From Antedon mediterranea (Eukaryota; Animalia; Echinodermata), in NCBI RefSeq assembly GCF_964355755.1, contig NC_092679.1:17653432-17717431 (forward strand): 64,000 nucleotides of DNA, written 5' to 3'. The notes under the pieces are model-generated. The model saw only the letters and a program-made list of their open reading frames with translations, had not been told where the DNA came from and did no database searches. Made by a program: the position numbers and the translations under genes. The first letter of the stretch is position 1. Each line of letters starts with the position of its first letter. Of the stretch, positions 50,993 to 63,595 are shown piece by piece.

Positions 50993-52391
50993 CTAAAAAG
51001 AAATGTTTCAAAAAAGTTAAATTTCATTCAAAAGTTAATTTCCAGATATTTTTTTATATTGTCTGAATCATGCAAATCCCACATTAATGTTTGTCAAGGT
51101 TACATTGATCTATCAGCGATAGAATTGGACAAATGTGGTCCATGTAACAATTCATTTCCGACATTTGACACGTGTTATGATTTATGTTTATTAACACATG
51201 TTTTTAACATTTTATGTAAGATTTTGAACAGATATATTAAATTTTTCTGTCCGCCCCGCGTTATGTGTAAATGACAATAATAGTAGAGCAGTTAACGCCA
51301 AGTTGTGCACTTTATTACCAAAGCATGAAACTTTCCACAAAGTTTTTTTGATGTATATAGATTCAAAATATTGGGGGGTGCCAAGTGTCCAACGTCCGGT
51401 ATGGCGGCCATCTTGATTTCAAAATGGCCGCCATAAAAACAAAAAGTGTTCATATCTTGGCAACTATAAACATTAGAGACTTGATTCAGGTGTTAAATTG
51501 TTCACAAACCACATATTTCTATTTGCTCTAATGAAAAGTTTCGTCCAAAAATGACCGGAAATGACGTTTCTTCCAGTTTGACCTTTGACCTCTTATCTGT
51601 ATATCTCAGTAACTACTGATCATTTTCAATCGATTTTGGTGTCATTTTGTTCAGAATAGAGACATTTATATTTTTAGTAATGAAACATTTTCACATAAAA
51701 TTACTGGAAATACAATTTATAACCTTTGACATATATCATTATGTACTGTATGTGGTTTAATTGGTATAAATGCACCTAATTTTTTTACCGAAATAAATGA
51801 CACGGATTTATTATTAACTTTTGATGTGATAGGATAGGCATAAAGTATGACAGATCACTGAGCTCATCTATGCCGACATGTTTGCTAAACTGTGATGCGT
51901 CAATCGTTTTTTCGTTGCATCTAAAAAAATGTACTCCATTTTTATGGTAATGGGCCTTTTTTACCGAAATAAATGACACGGATTTATTATTAACTTTTGA
52001 TGTGATAGGATAGGCATAAAGTATGACAGATCACTGAGCTCATCTATGCCGACATGTTTGCTAAACTGTGATGTGTCAATCGTTTTTTCGTTGCATCTAA
52101 AAAAATTTACTCCATTTTTATGGTAATGGGCCTTTGCTGTAAACCTTTCATCTGAATCCTTTTCCTCGATTTTCTCTAGTCATTGATTTTTTAGAAAAAT
52201 CCGAACTAAATCAATTCATAAAAGACATCTCAATATAATTATTCAAGTAATCCTCAAATTAGTGACATGGACCTACAATATACTGTTCTGTACAAGACCT
52301 GTTTAGGCATCCACCTGTAGGCTTTCACTTTAAAGGTCTTGGTTTCCTAATCATACAAGAAACATATCTCTAATTTAATCAATCAAAGTAG

Positions 52392-53574
52392 TGGGTCCAG
52401 ACAAAGAAGGGGGTGTAAGACCATCCACAGACAAAGAAGGGGTTGTAAGACCATCCACATACAAAGAAGAGGGTATAAGACCACCCACAGACAAAAAAGG
52501 GGGTGTAAGACCATCCACACACAAAGAAGGAGGTGTAAGACCATCCACACACAAAGAAGGAGGTATAAGACCATCCACAGACAAAGAAAGGGGTGTAAGG
52601 CCATCTACAGACAAAGAAGGGGATGTAGGACCGTCCACAGACAAAGAAGGAGGTATAAGACCATCCACTGACAAAAAAGGGGTATAGGACCATCCACAGA
52701 CAAAGGAGGGGGCGTAGGACCGTCCACAGACAAAGAATGGGGTGCAAGACCATCCCCTGACAAAGAAAGGGGTATAGGACCACTTACAGACAAAGAAGAG
52801 GGTATAAGACCATCCACAGACAAATAAGGGGTGTAGGACCATCCACAGACAAAGAAGGGGGTGTAGGACCATCCACAGACAAAGAAGGGGAGAAGACCAT
52901 CCACAGACAAAGAAGGGGAGAAGACCATCCACAGACAAAGAAGGGGATATAAGACCATCCACAGACAAAAAAGGGGGTATAAGACCATCCACAGACAAAT
53001 AAGGGGGTGTAAGACCACCATCCACAGACAAATTAAAGGAGTCCAAGACCATCCATACACAAAGAAAGAGGTGTATAAGACCATCCACATACAAAAAAGG
53101 GGTTTAATACCATCAACGGACAAAGAAAGGGGTGTAATACCATCAACAGACAAAGAAGGGGGTATAAGATCACCCACAGGTACAGAAGGGGGTATAAGAC
53201 CGTCCACAGAAAAAGAAAGGGGTGTAAGACCATCCACAGACAAAGAAGGGAGTGTAGAACCGTCCACAGACAAAGAAGGGGGTGTAAGACCATCCACCAC
53301 TGACAAAGAAAGGGGTATAGGACCACTTCAGACAAAGAAGGGGTATAAGACCATCCACAGACAAAAAAGGAGGTGTAGGACCATCGGACCATCCACAGAC
53401 AAAGAAGGGGATGTAAGACCACCCACAGACAAAGAAAGGGTGTAAGACCATCCACATACAAAGAAGGGATTATAAGACCATCTACAGACGAGACAAAGAA
53501 GGGATTATAAGACCATCTACAGACAAAGACAGGGGTGTAAGACCATCCACACACAAAGAAAGGGGTTTAATACC
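52392..53574. repeat. ~30-bp minisatellite (acagacaaagaagggggtgtaagaccatcc), left part
   Basis: 10-aa periodic ORFs; continues at 55088-55520 after an insertion. Confidence 0.95.
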
Positions 53575-55087
53575 GGGTGTCACGAAACCTAAGACCACGA
53601 AAGCTAAGACCCCCTAAGACCTAAGATCACGAAAGCTAAGACCCAAGACCTAAGATTACAAATTCTAAGATATACTACAGCTTAAAAACAATACTTGTTT
53701 ATCCATACATAATTTTAAACACAGTAGGTGTCATTTATTACCATAAATATAATTTAATACTACCGCAAAACATAGATAAACTCACATTATTTTCGCCCGT
53801 TGAGTAAATGTATATTTTTTCTTTACAACAAACAACTTGAGGGTGTCACGAAAGCTCAGACCACGAAAGCTCAGACCCCCTAAGACCTAAGATCACGAAA
53901 GCTAAGACCCAACACCTAAGATATACAAATACTAAGATATACTACAGCTTAAAAACAATACTTGTTTATCCATACATAATTTTAAACACAGTAGGTTTCA
54001 TTTATTACCATAAATATAATTTAATACTACCGCAAAACATAGATAAACTCACATTATTTTCGCCCGTTGAGTAAATGTATATTTTTTCTTTACAACAAAC
54101 AAACTTGACGGGTTGTTTGTTGGTATATATTTACTCCATTGTGTTGGTTCAGAGGATGTTTTTCTTACGCACCTGCCTTTCTTGTATTTTGACTCCAAAT
54201 TTGTTGACTAACTTTATCCTGAACACCACACTTTAAAATTAGGACTTATAAGTACTTTCAGAAGGAGAAACACATAATGACAAATAAATAAATCCTTTAA
54301 ATTGATGATTTTACAGATGTGTTTCTTTGTATACTGTAATGACAATGTAACTCCTCGAGTTCCCAATGCTCAATGTTTTTGTTTCTATGGAGCGCCAAAA
54401 GAGCAACAATAATAGTACAAGTATAAAAACAGAAAGAAAACGAAACAAAAAAACTTATCATGATTTTTTAATTAAAATTTATTTGCCAGTATTTATTTCT
54501 TCGTACTTGCATGATTATACTATTATCATTACAATTTAAATTTTACATTGTTCCATCCACACTGTAGATGGACTCCACAGAGTTTTCAGCCCTCTATATA
54601 ATTTTTGCTCTTTTGACGTTCCATAGAAACAAAAACATTGAACATGGCCCATGGGGTAGGCCTACTGTACTGTAGGCTAGTCATTTTGTGTGCGAGAAAA
54701 ACGTCTGTAAAATCATCAATTTAAAAATGTATTACTTTTTATGTGATTCTTTTTCATGAAAGTGCCAATTCTAAAGCTTTGTCTACACTATCAAACTTTA
54801 TGTGTCAAAAAAATGTGATGTGCCCATATATGGACATGATGATGTCATATCACTACCATATTTAAGCATAGCCCTACCATATATAGGCAAATCAAACTTT
54901 TTTGACACATAAAGTTTGATAGTGTAGACAAGGCTTAAGGTGTGGTATTCAGAATAAATGTTGGGAGTTAAAATACAAGGCAGGTGCGAAAGATAAATAT
55001 TTGTAATCTTAGGTCTTGGGTCTTAGCTTTCGTGATCTTAGGTCTTAGGGGGTCTTAGCTTTCGTGGTCTTAGGTTTCGTGACACCC
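53575..55087. mobile_element. 1.5-kb non-autonomous DNA transposon with ~87-bp TIRs and a target-site duplication
   Basis: TIR gggtgtcacgaaacctaagaccacgaaagctaag...; gtttaatacc duplicated at 53565-53574 and 55088-55097; ~266-bp tandem duplication of the left end. Confidence 0.9.
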
Positions 55088-55520
55088 GTTTAATACCATC
55101 AACTGACAAAGAAAGGGTGTAATACCATCAACAGACACAGAAGGGGGTATAAGACCATCCACAGACAAAGAAAGGGGTATAAGACCGTCCACAGACAAAG
55201 AAAGGGGTGTAAGACCATCCACAGACAAAGACGGGTGCATAAGACTATCCAGACAAAGAAGGGGGTGTAGGACCATCCACAGAAAAAGAAGGGGATGTAG
55301 GACCATCCACAGACAAAGAAGGGAGTGTAGGACCATCCACAGACAAAGAAGGGGTGTAAGACCATCTACAGACAAAGAAATGGGTGTAAGACCATCCACA
55401 CATAAAGAAAGGGGTGTAATAATACCATCAACAGACACAGAAGCGGGTATAAGACCATCCACAGACAAAGAATGGGGTATAAGACCATCTACAGACAAAG
55501 AAGGAGGGTTAGGACCATAT
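55088..55520. repeat. ~30-bp minisatellite, right part
   Basis: Same unit as 52392-53574. Confidence 0.95.
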
Positions 55521-56705
55521 TAACCGAGGAAGCATACAAAAATAAGATCAAAATAGGCCTACCACTTGGAAAACAATAAATTGTAGAATAACTGTGGCTT
55601 AATTGTTGAAATAGAAAGGGTTCTTTGTAAGGTCATTAATAATATATTGATATAAACACGATCATCATACTATTCATTTGACAATCAAATACAGTCTGTC
55701 TCGAAAAGAAGCTCATACTATCACCTTTTCGAGGTTTTACGGTATTCAATAAACATGTATGTTATTTCCTCTGTCAAACTATTAAAACTTTTAGCGAATC
55801 AGAAGGTGCCAACATCATTGAACTAATGGTACCACCAAGCACAATGTTTACCAATTTTATGTACTATATACAATTTAAGTCCATTAATCATTTAATATAA
55901 TTACGCCTATCAGGTTAAAGTTCAAAATTAGGTGCACTTTAGACCAACAAAAACCACCTACAGTATATTCACATAATTAAAAATCAATAAATTAATGTCA
56001 AAGGTCATAAATTGTATTTCCTGTCATTTTATGTGAAAATGTTTCATTACTACAAATATAAATGTATTTATTCTGAACAAAATGACACCAAAATCGATTG
56101 AAAATGACCAGTAGTTACAGAGATATACAAATACGAGGTCAAAGGTCAAACTGAAAGAAACGTCATTTCCGGTCATTTTTGGACGAAACTTTTCATAAGA
56201 GCAAATAGAAATATATAGTTTGTGAACAATTTAGTCTCTAATGTGTATAGTTGCCAAGATATGAACATTTTTTGTTTTTATGATGGCCATTTTGAAATCA
56301 AGATGGCCGCCATACCGGACGTTGGACACTTGGCACCCCCCAATATTTTGAATCTATATACTTCAAAGAAACTTTGTGCCAAGTTTCATGCTTTGGTAAT
56401 AAAATGCACAGCTCATGTCATTAACTGCTCTACTAATAAGGAGTAACATGAGATTCTATATTTTTATTACCGTTACCGCTTGTCTGTGTAAATTGGCCTT
56501 TGTTGTGATAAAAGTTAGGCCTACAGGCCATGGAATTTACACAAACGAGCGGTAAGCGGAAAACCGCGTAGATTGTCCCATCCACCCCGCTTTGTGTGTA
56601 AATGGCAATAAGGAGTAATATATTATATATTTTTATTATTTATACCGCTCGTCTGTGTAAATTGGCCTTTATGGTAATAATGTATTTAATGCTAACAGAA
56701 CTAAC

Positions 56706-57027
56706 CGTATTTATCTTTACAATTACTTGTTCCACGAACACTGCCATCTGGATCGATACGAAGAAACAATCCCGTCCTTGATGCGATTTTCTTGTCGCTA
56801 ATGCGTTGGTTCTCAGTGCCATCTCGATGGTGAACGTTTGATGCGTTTGATGATTTTCTTTTAAGTTTTATATAACTGCCGTCATTGTACCGAATTTTAA
56901 ATAATTCGTAAGTTTTACTGTTGTTGTGTGTTACTTTGCTTACGGCTTCGTCCAAGACCGACGGTGGCGTCGTCGATAGGCATATCTGAAGAACCGCCCA
57001 GACTAAACATATCTTCAACAAAATCAT
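56706..57027 (-). CDS. FGF-like paralogue D, coding exon 1 (spliced protein 222 aa)
   Basis: MILLKICLVWAVLQICLS signal peptide; KKIASRTGLFLRIDPDGSVRGTSNCKDKY; phase-1 donor G|GTTAG. Confidence 0.92.
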
Positions 57028-57505
57028 TTTCTAAAAGAGTAAACATAAGATGAGAATAATTATATCCATGCATAATGCTCTGTCAACACTATCAAACTTT
57101 ACAAAAATATATATGGACATGATTATGTCACTTCACTGCCATATTTGAGCATATCACTACCATATTTGGGTACATCACACGAGTAGTGAGTTCGACATTA
57201 CAAGCTATACAAAAATATGTATGGACATGGTGATGTCATATCACTACGATATTAGGGCATATCACTAACATAATTTGGGTACATCACACGAGCAGGTGAG
57301 TTCAACATATACAAGCTATCATGCAATGGCATTAACGGCAAATCTTATCAATATATTTCACAACCCAGTGTTAGTAACATTGCCAAATTGAACGATGGTC
57401 CCTATCCCATCGACCACAACTATTTCCTTTGAAAACAAATAAATAATTAAATGATTGCTTAATACAAAGTGAACATCTCTGATCGAAATATCTTATGTTA
57501 CGTAC

Positions 57506-57660
57506 CTATGAAATTATATAATTGTGTACATTTGGCGTCTTCATTATATGCCGCTAGCTACCACAGACCATAATTTCTGATATTATGGAGAAATATTATA
57601 TAGTGTTTCATTATGAAACGAATCAAATCAGTTCAACCCTCGCGAAATTACGTAACGTCC
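57506..57660 (-). promoter_or_regulatory. Putative FGF-D non-coding exon and promoter (TATATAA, TTACGTAA site)
   Basis: Donor TAG|GTACGT at 57505, acceptor tttAG| at 57031, TATATAA at 57602-57596, ATTACGTAAC at 57647-57656. Confidence 0.4.
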
Positions 57661-58548
57661 TCCGAGACCATCATCTTTACAAAATAAAACACTGCAGACG
57701 GAAATTTCGGGTTGCTCCTAATACACGTTCCCATGAACTTTAGGATGAACTTTTGGACTTGTTTTATCGGAAATTGATTACGAATATGCTTATTAATTTT
57801 CACCAAAGAATATTATTTGACACAAATCACAGGAGATTAATATCGAGTTTTAACACCACAGCCTCGTTGACCTCTGACACAGACATCTATATATAAATTT
57901 ACGTAAGGGCAAAATTCGGTAAATCGCGCCTTACTTCTAGAATGTTTACTCGATGGTATATAAAGTTGGTTCGTACTTTCGGTACTGATTTTAACCACCT
58001 GATGTAGCCCTGTTTACTAATTAAATTAAGTTAGATAATTAGTTATTGATGATTAAAACGAATTTAGGTTCAACGATTTGCCCCAAATTGGGGTGTTTTC
58101 CGATCGTGGTATACACTGTCTAATGGATGTCCATCTTGAAAAATACCCGCCATAAAAATGCGAAGAAGCTTCGCATTTTCCTATCTCCTCCTACGATAAT
58201 TGTTTTTAATAGCTGAAAACCGGTTGAACAGCTAGAGTACAGCATCATAATGTTGAAGAAAGGCCGATTTTCTTTAAAAAATACTATTTTGATAGATTTA
58301 ATATACGAGTATACAAATGTATTGATTTGCGATGAATGGAACATCCCAATCTCTCAGTCTGCCAGAGTTTGGCTTAACACGAGTAGGTAAATTTATGAGC
58401 CCTTGGTTTAACACATACGGTAGGTAAATATATGGGCCCTTTGAGAATAAACTTGCAATACTTTGACAATACTGTAAATACCTATTAACTATTTTTGGTC
58501 CTCATTTGAATCGAACATTTCTTACTGTGAATGTTCGTACTTTTATAT

Positions 58549-58755
58549 CAAGGCCAACAGCCATAAGTCGCGTGCGTACTCTCAGAAAAAAAAAGAACTT
58601 TCAAAAAGTAATGTACTTTAAAACTTTTCTGTACATCAAAACAGTTCAAAAAGTACAGAAAAGCGATAAAACGCATAGTGATACCGGACCGACAGACAGA
58701 CCGACAGACCGACCGACCGACATAGTGAACTGAGTCGCGTCCACGCGACTAAAAA
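58549..58755 (-). mobile_element. Internally deleted or variant HINE copy
   Basis: Same ends as 14859-15648: caaggccaacagcc...agtcgcgtg ... cacgcgactaaaaa. Confidence 0.7.
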
Positions 58756-60715
58756 TATATACAAATAAACTTTATTACTGATATTGTGGATAGGCTCTAC
58801 TATCTACAAATAAACTTTATACTGACAGTTCCTTCTCAACGTTTGTATTAATTAATAATTACCAATAATATAAACGTCGTAGTGGTGTATCGTGACATAT
58901 ACTTTAATATTTCAATCGATTATGACAGTGACAGTTTTAACAAAGTATTAAATCGCAAATGTTTTACTGTATTTAGAGGTATATTATTTATAGGCCTATA
59001 AAACATGAACAAAATATTTCGTTACTGAGTGGATAAAGAATATATTTAAAAATTGTTCCTCTTTGTACCTATCCGCTTTCCCATCCCTCAAACCTAATGT
59101 TATATACAAAACACAAATTGGGTTTCTTTAAATGAGTCCAAATCAAAAATTTGGACTCATTTTGTGATAAGTTTCTCCTTCGGAAGTAATTCCCAGGGTG
59201 CTAATTTTAGTTGACTACATAAATCATCGTGTCTATTTATTCGTTTCTGTAAACGACAATGTATTATAGTCCTGCGGTACGTACATTTGAAATCGCCAGT
59301 TTTGTTACGCTGAAATTACTGTGTATTCGAGAACCATCTAGTGTATACAATGCCGCGTAATAGGGTTCCCACCGCCTAAATCAGTCAAAATAAAACCCCG
59401 AGAAATTCGGTAGGTATAAGGAACATTAAAGTTTAGAATAATAAATGTGTAAATTTGATTGACTCAATTTTATTGTTTTATGGAAGATTTAAAAAAAATC
59501 ATATTATGGGGCGTACGGACACGCCCAACTTCTCTTACATCTTCCTATATAAAATAGCTATTTTAGTTTTATTAATTTTTATCTATTCATTAAGGTATAA
59601 GAAAACATATTGCAAGTTGGCAACCGAAGCTGAAAAGATCATTGAAAAACATGAAAATTGTTAAAATCTGATATAAAATGAGTTAAAATGATTGCACAGT
59701 TATCAACATGGTTGATTCACTTTTAAAACCACTTGTAAAATAAATCGCTTTACCTTAGTATAATGTAATAGTGTGTACAGCAAGTGTATCGTCCTATTTA
59801 AAACAAAAACCAAGTAGTACTTACCGTAAATTGAATGTTCATATTGTTGCTATTCAGGCCTAGCCTATACTTAAACCTTTTATGAAAAAAATGACATTAA
59901 AATTAAAGTTAAATACACATAAAATTAATGATAGGCGTGTTGAAGTTTGTTTATGTAATATTATAATCTCCAGCAGAGAGCTAGATGTCCAATTTTACAA
60001 AAATACTGTCGATTATCAGTAGATTTTAATATGCCTCAGATGTTAATTTAAAGTGATTGTTACAATGATTTGGTTTACTCACGTTTGGCGTCCACAACCT
60101 TCTGAATAGGTCTATGCCCTCTGCCTAGAAACTGTCCTATAACTATTACTGTCATAATCTCTTGCATGATGTAAATCAGATAGTACAGTTTTTTAAACTA
60201 TTTTTTTTCTCAAGGATTTCCACATGTGACCGTGAATATATTTTAAGATATTCTACAGCTGCAACACTCAAAATTAATTTCAGCCAAAATTAAAACGGAA
60301 ATAAAATAGTGTCTTCTAATATTTCTTTTTATTTCAATTTGTTAATAAATATTTTTTACAGGCGTATCTAAGAAATCTTGATTCATGCTCTGTCAACATT
60401 ACAATAATCTTGTCATCGGAAATATATTATATATTAATATTGTTTTGTTTTGTAAAAGAATTTATAGATTTAAATTATCCAAGAAACATGTTTATACCAG
60501 AATGTCAAATAGGCTACGAACATTACATGAGACAAAGGGATGATTGATGTAACAATTTACTTTATTTCATTCTTTATTTTGGTTTATACGTTTTCAAATT
60601 GATAGGCGTTAGTTTTAGGGGCTAAAGAAATCATTATAATTATTTCTTGTTTGAAATTATTCTCCAACCAAAGTCCATGCCTCCCACTTGGACGCAACGC
60701 AAAGACGTAACCGTT

Positions 60716-61061
60716 AAAGCGTGGTTCCCACTAGCGACGCAACACAAGGACGTAACGCAACGCAATTGAATTGACCAATCACAAGCGATGGCTTATTCGC
60801 TTGTGATTGCTAACTGTCTATAACTTCGCTTGTCATTGGTTAAAACGCTTGCGTTGCGTTTACGTCCTTGCGTTACGTTCTAGTGGGAACCAAGCTTCAA
60901 GCGTGGTTCCCACTAGAGACGCAACACAAGGACGTGTGCGCAACGTGAGCGTGTTGACCAATGACAAGCGACAGTTCGAAAAATCCATCGTTTATGATTG
61001 GTCAACTCACTTACTTACATTACATTACGTCCTTGTGTTGCGTCTCTAGTGGGAACCAAGC
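60716..61061. mobile_element. Two abutting MITE family 3 copies
   Basis: aagcgtggttcccactag ... ctagtgggaaccaagc occurs twice, head-to-tail. Confidence 0.85.
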
Positions 61062-61537
61062 ATTACAAATAATTTAGCTAATCGACGACGTAATTGACCA
61101 TATGAACTGTCGCTTGTCATTGGTGAATTCACTTGTGTTACGTCAGTGTGTTACATTCAAAAGTGAGAACCAAGCCTTAAAAACTAAAATCACACGAACT
61201 TGTTTTACTTCATATTAGCGTATAATGTTCCATATTTAACATCACGGCGCTGACATTCGTTTCGTGAAACGGAACCAGTGTGAATGTGGCTATAATTCCT
61301 AAAACTTTACATTAGGTACGTTCTTTATTCGATACATTGATGTCCTCAACAGAGAGCTTAATTGAGGTTATTTCGTGGTCAGTCAAACCGTGACGACACG
61401 TAGTAACGTGCGTGATTTACAGCTCCAGCTACGCACGTATAGAGGTCTACGCGTACATATCAATGTCCCTCCCTGCAGAACCGACAGCAGCAAAAAACGA
61501 AATCAGTCGTGTAATAATATCGTCCATGCGTCTTGTC

Positions 61538-61624
61538 TTATTGGATAGAACACACTGTGCTTTTGCTCTGCTCCAGAGACGTTGGTAATGCAGTTTTCTT
61601 GTTCTGGTGTAATCTGTCAATTAC
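61538..61624 (-). CDS. EF-hand protein, terminal exon with CaaX box
   Basis: atgCAG|VIDRLHQNKKTALPTSLEQSKSTVCSIQ*; phase 0, completes the exit helix of the EF-hand. Confidence 0.75.
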   Translation of the reverse strand, partial: VIDRLHQNKKTALPTSLEQSKSTVCSIQ

Positions 61625-61940
61625 CTGCATTCAAACAAAAATCATTTTAAATTTTAAATAAATATGTATCTTGGCCTATCGTAATTCATTAACGTCTAGT
61701 ATAAACTCTTTTACGCCTAGGCTCACAAAGCATTGTTTACTGCGGTCTAAAATTGTTATTTCACTTTAAACATGTCATGTCAATGTGTACTATACTTCTA
61801 ATAATCTTCTAAAATGTGACCATCATAATGCTTTTAATGCTACTCTACTATTATACGTTTTTTTACCAATGTTAGATTGCCATGTTACCGATGAATCAAT
61901 CGAGAACATTTTGGGGGAACCCTAATTGATCGTATTGCCT

Positions 61941-62482
61941 AAAGCGTGGTTCCCACTAGCGACGCAACACAAGGACGTAACGCAGCGCAAGTGAATTGAC
62001 CAATCACAAGCGATGGCTTATTCGCTTGTGATTGCTAACTGTCTATAACTTCGCTTGTCATTGGTTAAAACGCTTGCGTTGCGTTTACGTCCTTGCGTTA
62101 CGTTCTAGTGGGAACCAAGCTTTAAGGCCAGTTGACACAGACGAGCGGTAGCGGTAATAAAAAAATATAGAATATATGTTGTTCCTTCTGACTATTTACA
62201 CAAAACGCGGAGCGGACGGGCGATCTCCGCTCATGAGTACATAATATTCTACGTGGGACGCTAAAGCTTGGTTCCCACTAGCGACGCAACTTAAGAAAAT
62301 GCCCTTCCAAAAATGGTGTTTGCCTCCGCCTGCGTGAAATCAAACCTGCGATTTTTTCAGCACTTTTGCGTCGTCGGTTCCCATTTGTGATTACGCAATA
62401 TATCACTTTGCGTAAATACGTCACTGTGTTGCGTTCTAATGGGAACCACGCTTTACCGTTACCGCTTGTCTGTGTAAATTTG
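61941..62482. mobile_element. MITE family 3 (61941-62123), plus a family-4 MITE (~62125-62482, TIR acacagacgagcggt) carrying a nested family-3 copy (62263-62454)
   Basis: TIRs visible; family-4 relatives at ~6057-6170 and 56445-56670. Confidence 0.7.
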
Positions 62483-62502
62483 TTTTTATTGGCTATACTT
62501 AC

Positions 62503-62637
62503 CGCAAGACATTCGATAAAGTCTAACGAATTTGAATCATCGGCATCGATCTCTTTCACAATATTTCGTACTTGCTGCTTTGTAAACAACATTCCGCTGT
62601 TGTCCAGAATCTGATCCAATTCCTCTGCATCTATCGT
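62503..62637 (-). CDS. EF-hand (calmodulin-like pair) protein, internal exon
   Basis: 135-nt phase-0 exon cacAG|TIDAEELDQILDNSGMLFTKQQVRNIVKEIDADDSNSLDFIECLA|GTaagt; EF loop DADDSNSLDFIE. Confidence 0.88.
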
Positions 62638-63506
62638 CTGTGAAATATTAACATATTTTTAATTAAATTAAGAGGTGGAACATGAGGATTTTTTGACGAA
62701 GTTGGCTTGCCATATTCAATGAAATACAAGGGGGGATTGACAGCTGAAATATTGAATGATACTAACAAACAACATACAATATGTTTAACAGTAGGCCTGT
62801 TATTTCTTTCCTTAACTTGTAAAAAAATGTATAATGTACTGGTACATGGTGTATTTATAACTACCACTGTTAGTGGCAATAACTGTGTTGTATAAAATGG
62901 ACAATACGGTGTTATCCGCAGTCAATATAAACAAGAAATATTTTTTACAAAAAACGCTGCTTGCTTGTTGGCTTAAAGATACATTATTTAATTTATAGAT
63001 TTGACAGTGAATTATTACCATACTGGCCTAGGTTGACAGCAAGAACAAAGTCATTATTTACAGATTACTATATATTCATCTATTTAATAAATACTGTATT
63101 ATCAGCAAATCTTTTCATAGACTCTCTTCTCCCAGACGTGCTTTGGGGTGTTTAATTTTAGTAATGAACCGTCCTAGTTTTTTATCAAAAACGTCGGCCT
63201 CTAGAACTATAACTGCTGCTTGCGTATAGCTTCTGAATGAGTAGTTTCTCTTGGGACGTGGCTGGCTGAAGCAGCAGCGTGAACAATAGATACAAATAAT
63301 ACTATTAGGCCTGTACACCCCATCGTACACTAGAACAGTTAGAAACAACTACAAGAGGCAGGATACTTAAACTAGTTGGATGGCGCTCATCGGTAGTCTC
63401 AACCCGTTTTACTCACAAAAATCAATAATCTACGTATCTAAATAAATCCAACAGTTGCAAGAAGTTAGCATCCACTTTACCTGACTAAAACGATTATATT
63501 CGAAGT

Positions 63507-63509
<3 letters not shown>

Positions 63510-63564
<55 letters not shown>

Positions 63565-63595
63565 ATATATAATAATATATAATAATATATAATAA
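63510..63595. repeat. (AT)n microsatellite
   Basis: Directly visible. Confidence 0.95.

Larger units (their letters stand above)
51290..56435. mobile_element. ~5.1-kb element bounded by ~500-bp inverted repeats (51290-51780 / 55925-56435)
   Basis: For example 'tccaaaaatgaccggaaatgacgtttc' vs 'gaaacgtcatttccggtcatttttgga', and 'tagtagagcagttaa' vs 'ttaactgctctacta'. Confidence 0.7.

Noticed and set aside
52375-55498. Multiple overlapping ORFs (SVDGL/CLWMV repeats)
   Set aside because: A 30-bp minisatellite with frame-breaking indels, located in the FGF-D intron
63115-63348. ORF as an upstream exon of the EF-hand gene
   Set aside because: No first-half EF loop and no compatible phase-0 donor found
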